64,000 nt of DNA from Blasia pusilla (GCA_050084515.1 CM114271.1:19096001-19160000); one strand, 5' to 3'; positions 11,859 to 26,199 are shown, numbered from the stretch's first letter. Notes: generated by a model from the sequence alone, not told the origin. Numbers and translations: made by a program.

Positions 11859-12785
11859 ATGATCAGATCTACCATCATCACTGGTGTATCCATTGTTACC
11901 CTCGTCTCCTTCCATATCACAGCTTGATGGAGAGCTTGGTTGGTTAGTAGGCATCCTCCTAGCCTTGAATTGATCCTCTTAGGAAGAAAAAAAGGGCATA
12001 TATTTCCTCCCATGAAAAGATGCTGCACCTTGCAATGCCTCCAAGATGGAGGAAGCCTTTGTACATTGGTTGTAGATATGTCAAAATATACTTCGTGGTT
12101 AGGGTTTAGGCTACCTCAAAGAGGAAATAAAAAATAAAATTCAAAAAAGATAAAAGAGAACATGTGTTTTATGATGCATGTATATACAATGGGAACATTG
12201 ATTTTTCATAGGTCTTCGGCATTTATAACTAACAGTTTGGATTATCTCCTTGCCTATGTGTATGGTTTTGCAATTGGTAGCAAAACCAAACCGCTTGTGT
12301 TGTCCTTCCACATACTTCCACAAGGTGTTTTCCTCAAGATTGGGACTAGATAATTTAATTTACCCAGCTATTTTACCACATCATACAAAATCATCATTAA
12401 TAGATTGTCTATGACAAGAGTTTCTCACAATAATACTATATGGGGATATCTACGAGACTTGGAGAAAGATGGAGCCCTATTCACCAACTCTTTCCATATG
12501 GTGAAGAAGTATATGGTACCAATGCACAATAATAAGACAAGATACATAGTCATGCATGTCTCTAAAAAGTGATAATATATCATATCTAGGATGAATACAC
12601 GAAAACCCGTCCAAAGACCTAAAGTCCATCTATCACTAGGTATCTTGTACCCCATATGTGTAGAAGCTCACGTGCATGGATGATCTAAGGACATCCCCAT
12701 AGGTTCATATCACACATATTCACACTCCAAGTTGTACTTTACATAAGGGCCTATCAACTCCACATGTCCATGTTTGATGGGCACA

Positions 12786-13110
12786 AGGTTGCACGTAGAC
12801 AAAGTCCGTGTCCGTGGACTTATGTCCGTCTTGAGGATGGACATGTCCGTGCGGGCCTGGATGCGGGCTCCATGAGCCCATGGCCCGTGCACATCGAGCA
12901 TTCCATCCTTTCTTAGCCAGTGCAAATCACGCCCAATGCCCATTTTTAGGTCAGGCCCACGTCACGGCTAAGTTCGGCCCGCGTCGCACCCTCTGATTCA
13001 TCACGTCAAGCCGTAGCCCACATGCGGGCCCAAAAGTCTACGCGCCCTGCCCCCCAATGCAGGCCCATGAGCCCGCGTCTGAGCTTGCATGCGAGCCCCC
13101 CGCCCCCCAA
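12786..13110 (+). repeat. GC-rich dispersed repeat, probably a transposon end; similar to 53371-53720
   Basis: GTTGCACGTRGAnAAnnTCCRTG..GTGGACTTATGTCYGTC..GGAYGGACATGT..GGGCCTGG occurs at both 12786 and 53371 in the same orientation. Confidence 0.65.
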
Positions 13111-13664
13111 TAATGAAGTCTTAGAGTCACCTCATAGATGGTGGCTCTAAGAAAAAAATAATCTTGGGCATATAGCACCAGAGTTGATAGCAGGGCCTCT
13201 GAATCTCCCTTTTAGCAAGGCCACTAAAATCTATGCTCTAGGAATGATTGTGAAGAATTTTAACTATCTGACATACAACCTCTTTGTCGAGAATGCCCAA
13301 GCGAACGTGAGATTTACTTATTTGGAAAGGATTCCAAAGTGGGCATCAGCTCCAAATCCCTCTAATCACAAAAGCTTAGAGTATCTTATTGCATATATCT
13401 GAGCAAATGCCAAAGTATTAGGTGTAGACGATGTAGATTTGGGATTAAGGCCATCAACAATGATAGTGTGATTGTAAAATCTATTTGAGGATACGATATT
13501 TTTCATGAGAGATGGAAGACTTGGTTCAAAAAGATGAATATGTTAGTATAATTTTTTGTAAATGATGAAGCTTGATTGATCTATGGATGTATCGTGTGTC
13601 ATCGTATGACTATTACTGGAATCATTTCTAAATCACCTTTTTTTATATTTTGGTGAAAGACAAG

Positions 13665-15830
13665 ATGGAGTTGCCACCTCATGAAGATTGTAGCCCTCAC
13701 GACAATGAGCACAACAGAAGAGGGGAAGAACACCTCGATACACCAACACCACAGATCCCCGCAAAGGTGAACAAGAAAAGGGTCTCGCAATTTGTCACGG
13801 AAGATGAATTGAAGGCGTACTTGGATAGTGCCATTGACCCACAATTTGTGAAAGGAGAGTTCAAGAAGTCACGGTTGAAGTGGCTCAAGCGTGCGATTGG
13901 AGAATTTGAAAGGAAAGTGGAAGAGAATGAGTAGAAAAAGGATTGGGATTTATGCAATGGCATCCGAAAGTACAAAGATCTCCCTAAGAGGAAGAGGGAG
14001 TTAGTGAGCAAGGTATTTGTTTAGCTCAAAGTCGCGAAGTTGATGAAGGATATGGAGGTTCAGTACAGGGATGTGGATGAGGGGTCTTCAAGAAGAGATA
14101 AGAGACCTAGAGAAGAAGATTGTATAATCCCACCCGAGATCCCACTGCCATACTTAAAAAAAACAAGAGTGGAAGCTTCATCACCACAAGCGTCATCACG
14201 CCATTATCACCAAGGTGGATTGTCAAGAAGCCTTAGAGCCATACTATCTTCCTTGGATGGTCATAGAAGAAATCATTGTGTTAAAGAAGAGATACATGAT
14301 GAGAGTGGGGATGAAGGGTGAGTGCAGATGGGGGTGAAGGATAGACAAGATGGTTTGAATAACCTCTATGTAGGTCGTAGTACGATCTTTGATGAGCCCG
14401 AGGAGAGTTTTGATCGCCCTTTACATAGCGGTGCTCTTCCCCAAACCTTTTTTGGGGAGAGTGCTTTGGATAATCGCGAGGTAATGCCTCGTCTATCATA
14501 GTTGGAGAGTTTAATAAAAAAAATTCGACACAATGTTGATTTAGCCACGGAATACAACGTTTTGAAGGGGAAGTATGAATAGCTATGTGAGGAGGATATC
14601 AGATTGAAGAGAGAGATGGAGAGGCTTTTGAATGAATCTATTGCCAGAGATGACCTCCATAGAAGGCAAAGAGCTGTAATGGTTGACCACACACAGTAGT
14701 GGAGGAGAGCATATGAAAACATCATGGCAAGTGACAACAAGAGATGAATGAACTATTGCGATGGAGAGCAAGGGGTAACATGGGAGAACTCACCCCCAAG
14801 ACAACTCTACTTCAGGGTCGTCTCGTGAAGGAGGTTGATATAATCTTATTTCAACCTATCGAGAAGTTGTGGCCTCCAGCTCTACGTGCAAGATGGGACA
14901 ATGTCGTAGATCCAAACGCTGCAAACTATGCCTCTACGTAGTTGGCACCAACACCTCTTAATCGGAGCACACAAGTGCAAGATCTTTCGGATTGGATGAA
15001 GGCAATCGTAGTAAGTGAAGGAGGGGCCCTCACGCCAAACAAATGGCCCAAATGCATGATCTGCTTCAATCCCGTTGGTGGAAAAGGTTGCCACGTGATA
15101 GGCATATGTAAAGCTTGTTATTGGAATCCATATTGTCTTCAAAAGGCCATGCTACTATCTCACAAGTGTCCAACTTGTAGACAAGCTTTGTCAGGAAGAC
15201 TCTATCACCTTTTCGGCATATCTTTCCGCTACCAATCTTGATGGCAATGCTCCACCCAAATATCGAAAGCAAACCCAAGAGCAAGAAAATTTCACTTTTA
15301 CTTTATCGTAGCCCTCAATCGAACTATGACCTCAAAGTGAATATAGATGGGGTGGTTCAAGAAAAAATCCCTCGTCAACAGAGGATTGATCGGGCAATGC
15401 GAGCGTGGCTGGTCTGCTTCATTGACATGTACGATCGAGGAGACCTCATCGACGGAATAGCCATTGATCTCCATAATCGAGAGGCGGAAAACTTCTTCTT
15501 TGCTTAGGGGTTGAATCCACAGGAAGTTCAAGACGCCCTCAACACAACTCGACAACTTGTGCTAAACCATCATCATTGGTGGATGACCTTGTTTTCAAGA
15601 GACTTGAATTGATCTGGCCACATTTCTTATGGCAAGATATTTCTCAAATGACGGAAGGGGGATATCCTCGAACATACCATTATCCTTGTCCAACGCAGGA
15701 CAACCTCTTTGGATTCTTCAAGAGAGAGTGGGAGATGTTTTCGACATAGCCAACACAAGAAATAGATCATGTTGAAGCCAATGTTGAGTTGGAGAAGACT
15801 ATTCCTCGTGGAGGTGAGGCGCGTGACTAG
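13665..15830 (+). pseudogene. Decayed TE-associated ORF with a coiled coil and a RING-like Cys cluster
   Basis: Successive + strand ORF fragments. CMICFNPVGGKGCHVIGICKACYWNPYCLQKAMLLSHKCPTCRQ at ~15053-15185 has RING-like Cys spacing. Confidence 0.45.
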
Positions 15831-17019
15831 AGCTAGGGGAAGAGGAGGAAGAGTTGGTGAGACATCAACACCGGTGTTACATATATCTGATGATGAATGA
15901 GATTAGATAGAATGAGTTCATATTTATATCTTTGTAATGTACATAAGTATTAGGTTCCTCTCAATCCGGATGTTCTGTGGGGTACTACTCACTTTTTGTA
16001 AATACATTTTCAAAATATTTCACTGAGGAGACTTGTGAATGTGAGCCAGTCACGAATGTTGTCTATAAAGTGACTTCATGAAATGAATGAAAGTTTTCTC
16101 TTGGTTATAAGTCTTTGGATAAGATGGAAGGAACGATAATTGAAAGGTTTGTTTGATATTAATTTTAATATTTTATTTATTGATATTTTTTTTTGCATAT
16201 ATTCAAACATCTTGAACTTATACTTGATATAAGGAGTTCCCATTAATTATTTTATAAAATAATTAATATCCAAGAAGAGTATTTTGATTTTTTTCCCAAT
16301 GGGCTATATCATACTATTAAGGACGTTAGCCATGGCTAACGTGCTCCTAACGCCACGCGGGAAGCCTATTTATTTCTCAATCATTTTTGAATAATTTCCC
16401 TATACTAAGGTAAGTTTTGAATAGAAAAGAGGAATTTATATTAATTTAATTAAAAAAATATTTATTATATAATGAATAAATATTATTTCCCAAATATTTT
16501 TGCAGCTCTTCATTTTGATCATTTAAAAAAAATATAATTTAAACTAATATTTCGGAATTTAGGAAAAAAACCTATACTTGTAATTTCAAGTTAATTTTGG
16601 AAGGGAAATTAATCTTCTAGAATTTTTTTCATTTTTTTTATCTCTCCTCATTTGAAAATTTAAAATTATTTTTGTAGGTTTATGCAAACAAAATTTAAAG
16701 TTTAGTTTTGAGGGGAGATTAAATTTTCTTTTGGGAAAAATGAAAAGGATAATAGGATAGTAATGGGAGAAGAATTATTCTTCAAAATAAAAGAAGACAT
16801 ATCATTTCTTTAATATTTTTAACTTTCAAGTTAGATTGGGGGAAATTTAATCCCTCTTTTGGGAAATTAATTGATCAAAATAAGAGATTTTCTTATATTT
16901 ATTGAAATATGGGGATTGGAAAAAGGAATTTTTTTTTCAAAATTAATAAATAAAAATATATGTTTGAATCAAATTTTAAAGGAAAAAAGTGTTTGAATTG
17001 TGTTTAGTGAGCAATATTG

Positions 17020-20000
17020 CATGGGGTAGAATTCGAAAGGGATTTGGGTGGAGTAGAAAACAAAGGCCGGCGATTTGATTTGGGAACTACAGTTTGGAAA
17101 ACTCTCGCTTAGGTAGGGACTCACGTCTCTGGAACCAAAACCTGAGTTCCAATTGATCATCCCTGTTATTTCAAGAACTGGATCTAGAAGGAAGCCGGGA
17201 AAGAGGCCTGCGATTTGATTTGGGAACTATAGCTTTGAATGCTCCCATTTGGGATCAGTTTGAACTTGAGTTCTAGTTGATCCTCATTATCATTTCGAGA
17301 ATTGGATCTCTAGTTCCAATAGTGAGGAATCGGATAAGGAGGCCCACGATCTCATTTGGGAACTACAGTTTCAAAAGAAGCCATTTGGGCTCAATTGAAC
17401 TGGAACCCGAGTTCCGATTTATCTTCCTTCTCATTTCAAGAACTAGATCTATATTTCCGATGGTGAGGTAGCAAGGAGAGTGGTCGAAAATTTGATTTGG
17501 GAACTACAGTTCCAAAAGTAGCTAGTTGGTTTCGATTAATCCTCCTTCTCATCTCGAGAACTAGATCTCTAGTTCCCATGGTGAGAAAGCCGGGAAGGAG
17601 GTCTACGATCTCTTTTGGGAACAACAATTCTGAATGCCCCCGTTTGGGCTCACTAATCATGTCAGGAACGGGAACCTGAGTTCGGATTGATCCTCCTCAT
17701 TTTGAGAACAGGATCTATACTTCCGATGGAGAGGTAGTGAAGAATGAGCCCGGCGATTTGATTTTAGAACTATGGTCCTGAAAGCCCTCGTTTAGGTAGG
17801 GACTCCCGTCTCTTGAATCGGAACCTGAGTTCCAATTGCTCATCCTTCTCATTTCGACAACTAGAACTAGAGTTCCGATGGTGAGGTAGTAAGGAAAGAG
17901 GACGAGGATTTGATTTGGGAACCGTTCCGGCTTTGTTGTCTAGTGTGGAACCGGAACGGGAGTTCTCATTGATCCTCCTTTTCAATTCGAGAACTAGATC
18001 TAGAGTTCTGATAGTGAGGTAGTAAGGAAAGAGGCAGATGATTTGATTTGGGAACTACACTTCCGAAAGACCTCATTCCGGGATGGACTCTCGTCTATGG
18101 AATCGGAACCTGAGTTCCGATTCATTCTCCTTCTAATTTTGAGAGTTGGATATGGAGGTACGATGGTGAGGAAGGTGGGAAGGAGGACGGCGATCTCATT
18201 TGGGAACTATAGTTCCGAAAGCATCTGTTCGGGCTCCGTTGTTGAGTGTGGAAGAGGAACTTGAGTTATGATTGATCCTCCTCATTTCAAGAACTAGATC
18301 TAGAGTTCTAATGATGAGGAAGTAAGGAAAGAGGCCGGCGATTTGATTTGGGAACTACACTTCCAAAAGACCTCATTCCGGGATGGACTCTCATCCATGG
18401 AACAAAAACCGGATTTTCGATTCATCTTGCTTCTAATTTTGAGAGCTTGATATAGAGTTCCCATGGTGAGGAAGCCACGAAGGAGGACAACGAACTCATT
18501 TGGGAACTACAGTTCTGAAAGTACCCATTCGGGCTCACTAGTTGTGTCTGGAACCGGAACCTGAGTTCCAATTCATCCTCCCTCTCATTTCGAGAACTAG
18601 ATGTAGAGTTCCGATGGTGAGGTAGTAAGGAAAGAGGTCCGCGATTTGATTTGGGAACTACACTTCTTAAAGACCTCATTCAAGGATGGACTCTCGTCTA
18701 TGAAACCAGAACCTGAGTTCTGATTGATTGTGCTTCTGATTTCGAGAGTTGGATGTAGAGTTCCGATGGTGAGGAAGCTGGGAAGGAGGACGGCGATCTC
18801 ATTGGGGAACTACAGTTCCGAAAGCAGCTAGTCAGGCTCCATTGTCGAGTGTGGAACCAGAACGTGAGTTTTGATTCATCCTTCTTCTCATTTTGAGAAG
18901 TGGATCTCTAGTTCCGATGGTGTGGAAGCCGGGAAGAAGGCCCGCAATCTCATTTAGGAACTATAGCTCCGGATGCCCCCATTCGGACTAAGTTATTTTT
19001 TCAGGAACTAGTATCTGAGTGCCAATTGATCCTTCTTCTCATTTTGAGAATGGGATCTCTAGTTCAGATAGTGAGGAATCTGATAAGGAGGCGTGCGATC
19101 TGATTTGGGAACTACAGTTCCGAAAGCAACCGTTTGGGTGCCATTGTTGAGTGTGGAACCGGAACCTTAGTTCTGATTGTTCCTCCTTCTCATTTTGAGA
19201 GCTAGATCTAGAGTTTCGATGGTGAGATAGTAAGGAACGAGGCCGGAGATTTGATTTGGGAAGTACAGTTCCGAAAGCCCTCGTTTAGGTAGGGACTCCC
19301 GTCTCTCGAACCGGAACCTATGTTGTGATTGATCCTCCTTCTCATTTCAAGAACTAGATCTAGAGTTCCGATGATGAGGTAGTAAGGAAAGAGGCCGGGG
19401 ATTTGATTTGGGAACTACACTTCCAAAAGATCTCATTCAAGGATGGACTCTCATCTATGGAACTAGAACCTAAGTTTGGATTGATCCTCCTTCTAATTTC
19501 AAGAGCTAGATATAGAGTTCTGATGGTGAGGAATCCAATAAAGAGGCCCGCGATCTCATTTGGGAACTACAGTTGTGAAAGGAGCCGTTCGGGCTTAGTT
19601 GTTGCTCTGCAACTGAAACCTAAGTTCTAATTGATCCTTCTTCTCATTCTAAGAATAGTATATGTAGTTCCAATATTGAGAAATCCGATAAGGAGTCCTG
19701 CGATCTCATTTGGGAACTACAAATCCAAAAGCAGCCATTGGGGCTCAATGGTTGCGTCTTGAATGAAAACCTGAGTTCCGATTGATCCTCCTTCTCTTTT
19801 TGAGAACTAGATCCATAATTTCCATTGTGAGGTAGCAGGCATAGAGGCCTGCGATTGGATTTGGGAACTCTGGTTCTGAAAGCACTGGTTTAGGTAGCCG
19901 TTCATTTCTAGATTCAGGGCTATCAAACTCATCCTAGATCCATACTTCCGGTACAATTGAATATATGGCTTTTATTGCGAGGCGGGAGATGTCATGCAGA

Positions 20001-20300
20001 GTTGGATTCCTGAGTGCCCTTCGTGAAGGTATTTTGGTCGTTCTATCATTTCTAGAAGTGATATGCTTGTCAGTGTTAAGGTTTTAGGGTTTGCAAGTAC
20101 ACTTTCGATTGACAACCTACATGTAGAGTTACAAAAATGGTTTAGGGAATTGGATTCACTTATCATTTGTTCAACTAGATCTATAGTTCCGATTCTTAGG
20201 TACTCCCAACCAACTGAGGTCAGCTTGGTCTTTTGGAACTAGAGTTCCAATTGCTAAATGGGCTGGAATGAGTTTGCATTTATGGAATTGGATCTATAGT
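17020..20300. repeat. Tandem satellite with a ~150-bp unit and A/B alternation (~300-bp higher order)
   Basis: TTTGGGAACTAYA(G/C)TTCC recurs at ~18051, 18203, 18351, 18503, 18654, 18805 and onward. Each unit also carries GGAACCTGAGTTCC and GAACTAGATCTAGAGTTCC. Confidence 0.92.
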
Positions 20301-21399
20301 TCTAATTCTTATGTAGTCCTTGTAAAGGCTAGCAGTGTTATTGAGAACTGTAGATTAGGTATCAAAACTTGGGTTGATTTGAGTGAGGTTATCACAGTGC
20401 AATTGCGGCGCTAACGCGTGCCACCGCCTTATTGAGTTTTAGTTCTGAATGCATTTTGCTGATGGCTAGCCGTGCTTTTTGAGGAGTTGGGTCACTGGTC
20501 TATTTATCTACTACGTTTGTAGTATAAACTTCTCTCTTTTAGTCCCATCTTACTAAAGTAGATAATGGTGGAGGGACAAGGAGAAAGAGGAACGTCAAAG
20601 GCTGCAATACTTGGCCTCTGATGCTTGGGTTTCTTCCTGACAGTGTATTTAATTTCATTAAAGGGATTGGCTCGTACGGTTTGAATACCGGACGCAACGG
20701 TTAGTATGTTAAGATCTACGATTCTACACGTGGGAACCCACATAGATTATGATCTGCCATGTTCAGTCAAGTATGGACTTGAGATCCTATTGCAAGCCCC
20801 CTAACCTCGTAATGATTCAAACGTTGTATCCCTTCAAATGCTATAACGCTTCGTTCAGACGTGGTAATGTTTCTGATGTAGTAGCCTTTCTGATATGGTA
20901 AGTATCCAAACGTAGTATCCTCTAGGACGTGGTAATGCTCCATCCTTGTAGCCCTCCAGACATGCAAACGCTTCACACGTAGTAGTCCTTCACACTTGGA
21001 AACCCTTTAGACTTAGTACTCCTTCAGAAGATATCACCACTTCTAACGTCGTGGCAATTTAGACGTAGTACCCCTTCAGCGTTATGCTAAGTTTTTTGTA
21101 CTGTGGACAAAGAACCAATCATGAAGAATTGCTATCGTTCACTACTTTGTGTTGCGATTGGTAGAGGTTTGGAGGGAGTACTTTTGCAACTACCCTAAAA
21201 CTAGAGTCTATTGTAGCCATGCAAGCCTACATAGTTTTGGCGGGCGAATGTATGCTAGAACTATATCTAACATGGAAGTTTGATTGAACCACGGGGGTAA
21301 ATTGGAACATATGTTAGGGTGAGGAATCCTATAACACAATTAGGCGGCTGTCAAATTTCCTCCTCTTTCGGACAATGAGGTTCTGACCAAGGTGGACGT

Positions 21400-24300
21400 C
21401 ATCCTTGTTGGGTTCAATCGGATGTTGGGACATCATTGTTGTAAGTTTTAGTATCAATTCCTAGATTTACGAGAGAAACAGAAGGACGTTCTGTGATACA
21501 TTATTGAATCAGGAGTTTGGATTGAATCTGATGGTGTCAATGGACCCCCGGTTCAAAATCTTTAGCTCATTGAATTCCACTGTAGACCAGAGCAACAAGT
21601 GCCTAAGGAACCGAGTTCCGAAATTCCTTAGGTTGTGCAGATCTCCACTTTCCAATTCACCAAGGTTAGTTCACGTCTACATATGTTCGCACCAAATGGA
21701 TTTATGATGAATACTATTTTGTTCGATTCTTGTCTATCGTGCGTTAAGAAATGCGTTATCTCTCCTGTGTTTAACGCATTTCTTACGAATTCTCATGTTG
21801 TAGTAAAGTTTTTCGGTCTATAATCATGGTTACGAAGCAGATTTTTACCCGGACAAAGGTTCTAGGTGCTTTGATCCGCAACCAAAGATTGACTTTCAAT
21901 TTGAACTCCATAAAGCCGATTTTTCGGGCTTAAGGGATGAACTTTAGAATATCGGTTGGGCGAAGGGTGTCCGAAATAAGACTGAATGTCAAACTTGCAA
22001 GGAAGGAGAGCGCAATTTTGGGTGGAATGCACTTGATTAGGTGTAGCATTGTTGCTAGTGATACATTCTTGGTGTTGCATCTCTTAGATGCGGATAATGA
22101 AGAGAACTATTATATGGATATTACTCAATCCGTCGCTTACCAAGCCGACTTGAATTCGGGAGTTCAAACTCGTCCTCATGATATCCAAGAGCTAGTGATG
22201 AGAGGTCTTGTTTCATCAAACATTCATGACGTTTGTAAATTTTTTAGAGAGGTGATTCGGGTAGCTATCGAGGTTGCTACCCCCGAGTTTGCATTACCAT
22301 TGATGCTACAACAAGAAAAAAAAGGTAGCGCCCATTGGGTTGGGGAAAGAGACGACAAGTTCTCGTCTGGAAAAGGTTGTAGACTCTATGTTAGAGATTG
22401 GGTCTATTGTCATGGTCCAAGAAAACAAGGTCGCCAAGCTTCATGCAAGGGCGACACAAGAGTTTGTTGAGTGTACGAAGCCGACACAAGAGAGATTGTG
22501 GGAGCAGTTCAAGGAACGTATTATATTTAGAACTCTACTCTGAAAATCTTTCGATTAGATGTCAATGATTTCATACTTGCCCCGCTTGACATCAAAGCGA
22601 GGGAGCTTTATCAGAAGTGAGTGAATGCCCTGATGCATAGTCTCTTGCTGCCAACTCGATATCAAGTTGGCAGCAATCAAGAAGAAGTGGAAGAGGAAGA
22701 TTGGAGAATTGGTGGGTTTCCTTCCATTAAGGATCACTAATGCAATACCATTCGAATCAAAATTTGAATTTCGTATCGGAACTTGAATTTTGATAGAACA
22801 GATACTACACATGCCATCTCTGCCTTTAATCAGTCTGAGTTGTTATCATTGGTATTCTAATTGAACTTAAGTTCCATATTTTCAAACCATGATAAAGAGG
22901 CTGAACGCCCGTATCGGTTCCAGCCAGAAGGAGATAAAAACCTTCCTCTAAAATTGCTCTCCCGCCACATGGAATATGTGGCATGCTGTCATGGTTGCCT
23001 ATGAGGAAGGTAAACTCATGGTTCGAGATGGTCTCACATACTCTGAGTACTGGCTAAGACATAAAAGAGCGTTGAGAAGAGGAGGCTCAAGAAGACCGAC
23101 TTGAGACCGCTCCAAGGGCTTTACAAAGAGAATGTGATGCGAGTCGTAGAAGAAATCCTAAAATTGAGGGTGCAAGTGAGGCCAGTATCTACTCAAAAAA
23201 TACAAAATGAAGACTTGATGGACCTGAAATCCTACTACGAGAAATTGAAACACGAACAAGTGAATGTAGGCGCCATTTGTAAGTTCTTTTTCACGGAGAA
23301 GGAGATCTCTGTTGGGAGAATTTGCCAAGATTTCTGTGAGCAATTAATTTTGGATAAAGAATTCTACGTTGATGATGCACAGATTCTCCTCAATATTCTA
23401 CTCGAGGAGACGATGTGTTTGAAGAAGCATCTCTCCTACGCAGGACGAATTTGGTATTCCTCCAGATGAATTTTGTAGAAAGTTGCAAGATTTAATTCGA
23501 TTGCGGAGGGCCAAATGCCCAACGACTGACTTTCTTGTATATACCCACAAGGAAGTCATTAGTAGTTTTGATACAACCTCATCCGGATTTTTCCGGACTA
23601 TTGTAAATTAGGCAGTGGAAGATGATGAGTGGGGTGTGTTTTTTGACATAGTATTTGTAAATATGGTTAGCGCATCAAATGATTATGAACGGCTCAGTGT
23701 AAAAGAATTCGGAGAATATTTTTTGAGGGGTCTGGTCTCAATGCAAGCGAAAGATTATTGGTGTTCTTTGCTGAGATCAAAATACTCGGGAATCTTATAG
23801 TTGCTTGCTAGAGAGCCTCCAATATCTAGTTTAGAGTAATTCCTTGTATAGTGAGATCTCCAATGATTGATCCAAAGAGATAGAAGATTCAGAGTGGAGG
23901 ATATCTTATGGTTGTTATAGCGGTATTTTTCAATGGTTTTGATGAGTCCACTCTAGATGAACAACTCACTGTTGTAAATAGAGTACTTGGCAGAGAAGTT
24001 CTTCCCACCTCCCTCTTTGACACAAGAGATATGATGAACGAGGAGTATGGATTCCTTCCGACTCTCAGAGAGAACAAGTTTCGAATGGATAACCTCATGG
24101 AGATTTTCTCCGGCTTGTCAAAGGTTGAAGCGCGGAAGAATGTCATTGTGGTAAATCCAGGTTGCCGCATACTAGCGGCTCTAGTGGTGAGTTTCTCACT
24201 TGGAACCTAAATTGTGATCATGATTACATGCATTCTACTTAAGTTCTTATTCAAAGATATGTACTAACTCCCCGAGCTGATACCCTTACAAGTTTCGGAC

Positions 24301-24470
24301 ATCCATTCCCAAACATTCCGTTTGCAAGTGGATGGGGCAACATTGTCGGACTTTTGCCTAATATTAGATCAATTTTTCAAGATTGATGCAAATCGTAGCC
24401 TTCTAAGGACTACCCCTACAGTGAAGTCCAATCCAGACAGGAAGGTGGCATCTTCCGAAGGCAAAAAATA
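21400..24470 (+). pseudogene. Long decayed ORF of unknown function (possible ParB-like and methyltransferase-like remnants)
   Basis: Chain of + strand ORF fragments (21937-22470, 23101-23469, 23615-23800, 23908-24210) with protein-like composition. Domain assignment is by eye and weak. Confidence 0.4.
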
Positions 24471-25139
24471 GGAGGGTGCCCGGAATCGCAAAGGAGCAAA
24501 GGACCCGGACATGGAAGAAGAGTCAGAAGATGATGACGAATCAGAAGTAAGCTCCGAGATTTTGTGCCTCTAATCATGCCAGAAGTTTGTTTCTCTTCGT
24601 ACTACTATTCGATTCAAGCAAGCCATTACTGATTTTGGTTGGTTTATGGCTCAAGACGATGGAGTCTCGGAGATGAGGGCGAGGGATTGGCTCCCCCGAC
24701 TTTTGAAAGAGTGACATCGCCTAATGCGTTGAACCCTCAAATTTTGAGAGGGGAAACTAGTGCTCTAGCTACTCCTGGTTCGGCAAGATATTTTGACAGA
24801 ACTATCCCCATACCGCTAGGAGAAAATATTGTAAGCTCAATTTAAGAACCTCGTTGTGAAAAACCTTTATGCTTTTGATTGGGACGATGATTGATACATA
24901 TGGAATTCTAATCTAAGTATTCTTTTGCAAAGCAGTCATCTTCGACTGGTAGAAAATCACTCGGACTATCGGTGCTCATTCGTGAGGGAGATAAGGATGA
25001 CGAAGTGATGGAGAGCAGATCCAAGCAAACGCTGTCGTAAAAAATACCAATTGTGGTGAGAAATTTACATGATCTTCTATGATCCTCCCTAATGCATGCA
25101 AATCCTTCCTAGTATTAGTTTCAAATTAATAGTTTTGTT

Positions 25140-25670
25140 CTCATTACATTGAGTGTCCACAAGGAGAAAATGAGAGGGATGGATTGCGTAGGACGGAAAA
25201 GAAAATTTTGATGTCATCGAGCTTATCTACTTAGGTGAGTAACCCAATTAATTTTTCCTATTCTGATTTCAGTTTCCCAGCCTCTTCTTGCAATAATATA
25301 GAACTTAAGTTCTCATTATGTCGAGCATTTTTCCATTACACAGAGAGAAGAGGAGAGAGAGGGACTTCTTGGGACAGAAAAGGAGACTCCATTGTCATCG
25401 GAATCTCCTTCTGAGGTGAGCAACCCAATTAATCTTTCATATTGTGTTTTCAGTTTCCCAGCCTCCTCTTGCATTGATGTAGAATTTTAAGTTCCCATTA
25501 CGTCAAACATTTTGCCACTACACAGGGAGAAGAAGAGAGCGAGGGACTACTTGAGACGGAAAAGTAGACTCCGCTGGGAGATAAAGGGATTGAGGGACTC
25601 GAAGGTATGGTAAAGCTTACTATAACATTACCGGATTTTCCGAATCAGGTGAGCAACTCAAGTAGTGATT
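25140..25670 (+). repeat. Three tandem ~180-bp exon/intron-like units
   Basis: Each unit has an acceptor (CAAG/ACAG), a purine-rich ~70-nt segment and then GGTGAG(T/C)AAC (donors at 25235, 25416, 25649). Confidence 0.7.
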
Positions 25671-26199
25671 AACTCATCTAAAGTTCTCATTGTATTCAGC
25701 GTCTCCATAGTTTGAATTCAAAAAATAAAACCTCATATTGTGGTTTCATGCAGGAGTCACTCGATGGAACGTGTAGTAGGTTGACGTTTGAGTGTTCAAT
25801 TGTTGGTGACTCGTTACTTAGAAAAGTAGTAAATACTATCCTCGAGAATGACGTCGCTACTACACTCAAAAATCGGATTCTGACAACTCTACACACAATT
25901 TAACAATGAAATGTGTAAATGCACATAAAAATGATATATCTCAAGTTCAACTCAAGCTCTAGTGTCTACAAAGCCTACGGCTTCAATGAGAAGTACATCG
26001 CCAAAGAAAGATACTAGGCCAAAAAATGAAGGGAGAACGAACACTAACATCTCCGGGCCACGTAGAGTCATCGTGCCGAAGGCTTCTATAGGAAATATGG
26101 ACAAGAAAAAAATACAAAATGGATCCCATATAGAATAGTATCAACGAAAGTTGGAGACTCTAGCGGTTTGGGCGCTTCTCAGAAAATTTTAGCCGTGAA

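Larger units (their letters stand above)
10414..11950 (-). pseudogene. Decayed CACTA/En-Spm Tnp2-type transposase, probably continuing in 1-198 beyond the retroelement insertion
   Basis: - strand fragments GQVPLYH, KPCNMPSDLTINGIYP (cf. EPRNVRLGLSTDGFNP) and YNLPS..LAMNKGFFFIMGLII (cf. YNLPPWLCMKRKYIMLSLLIPGP) occur in the expected order. Confidence 0.6.

Noticed and set aside
13119-13152. 13-bp hairpin next to an A-tract, resembling a rho-independent terminator
   Set aside because: Eukaryotic repeat context and no supporting evidence of function.
17020-20300. CRISPR-like array (palindromic repeats at regular spacing)
   Set aside because: The intervening sequences are themselves repeated, the context is eukaryotic and there are no cas genes. 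It is a satellite; the same applies to 34910-36570.
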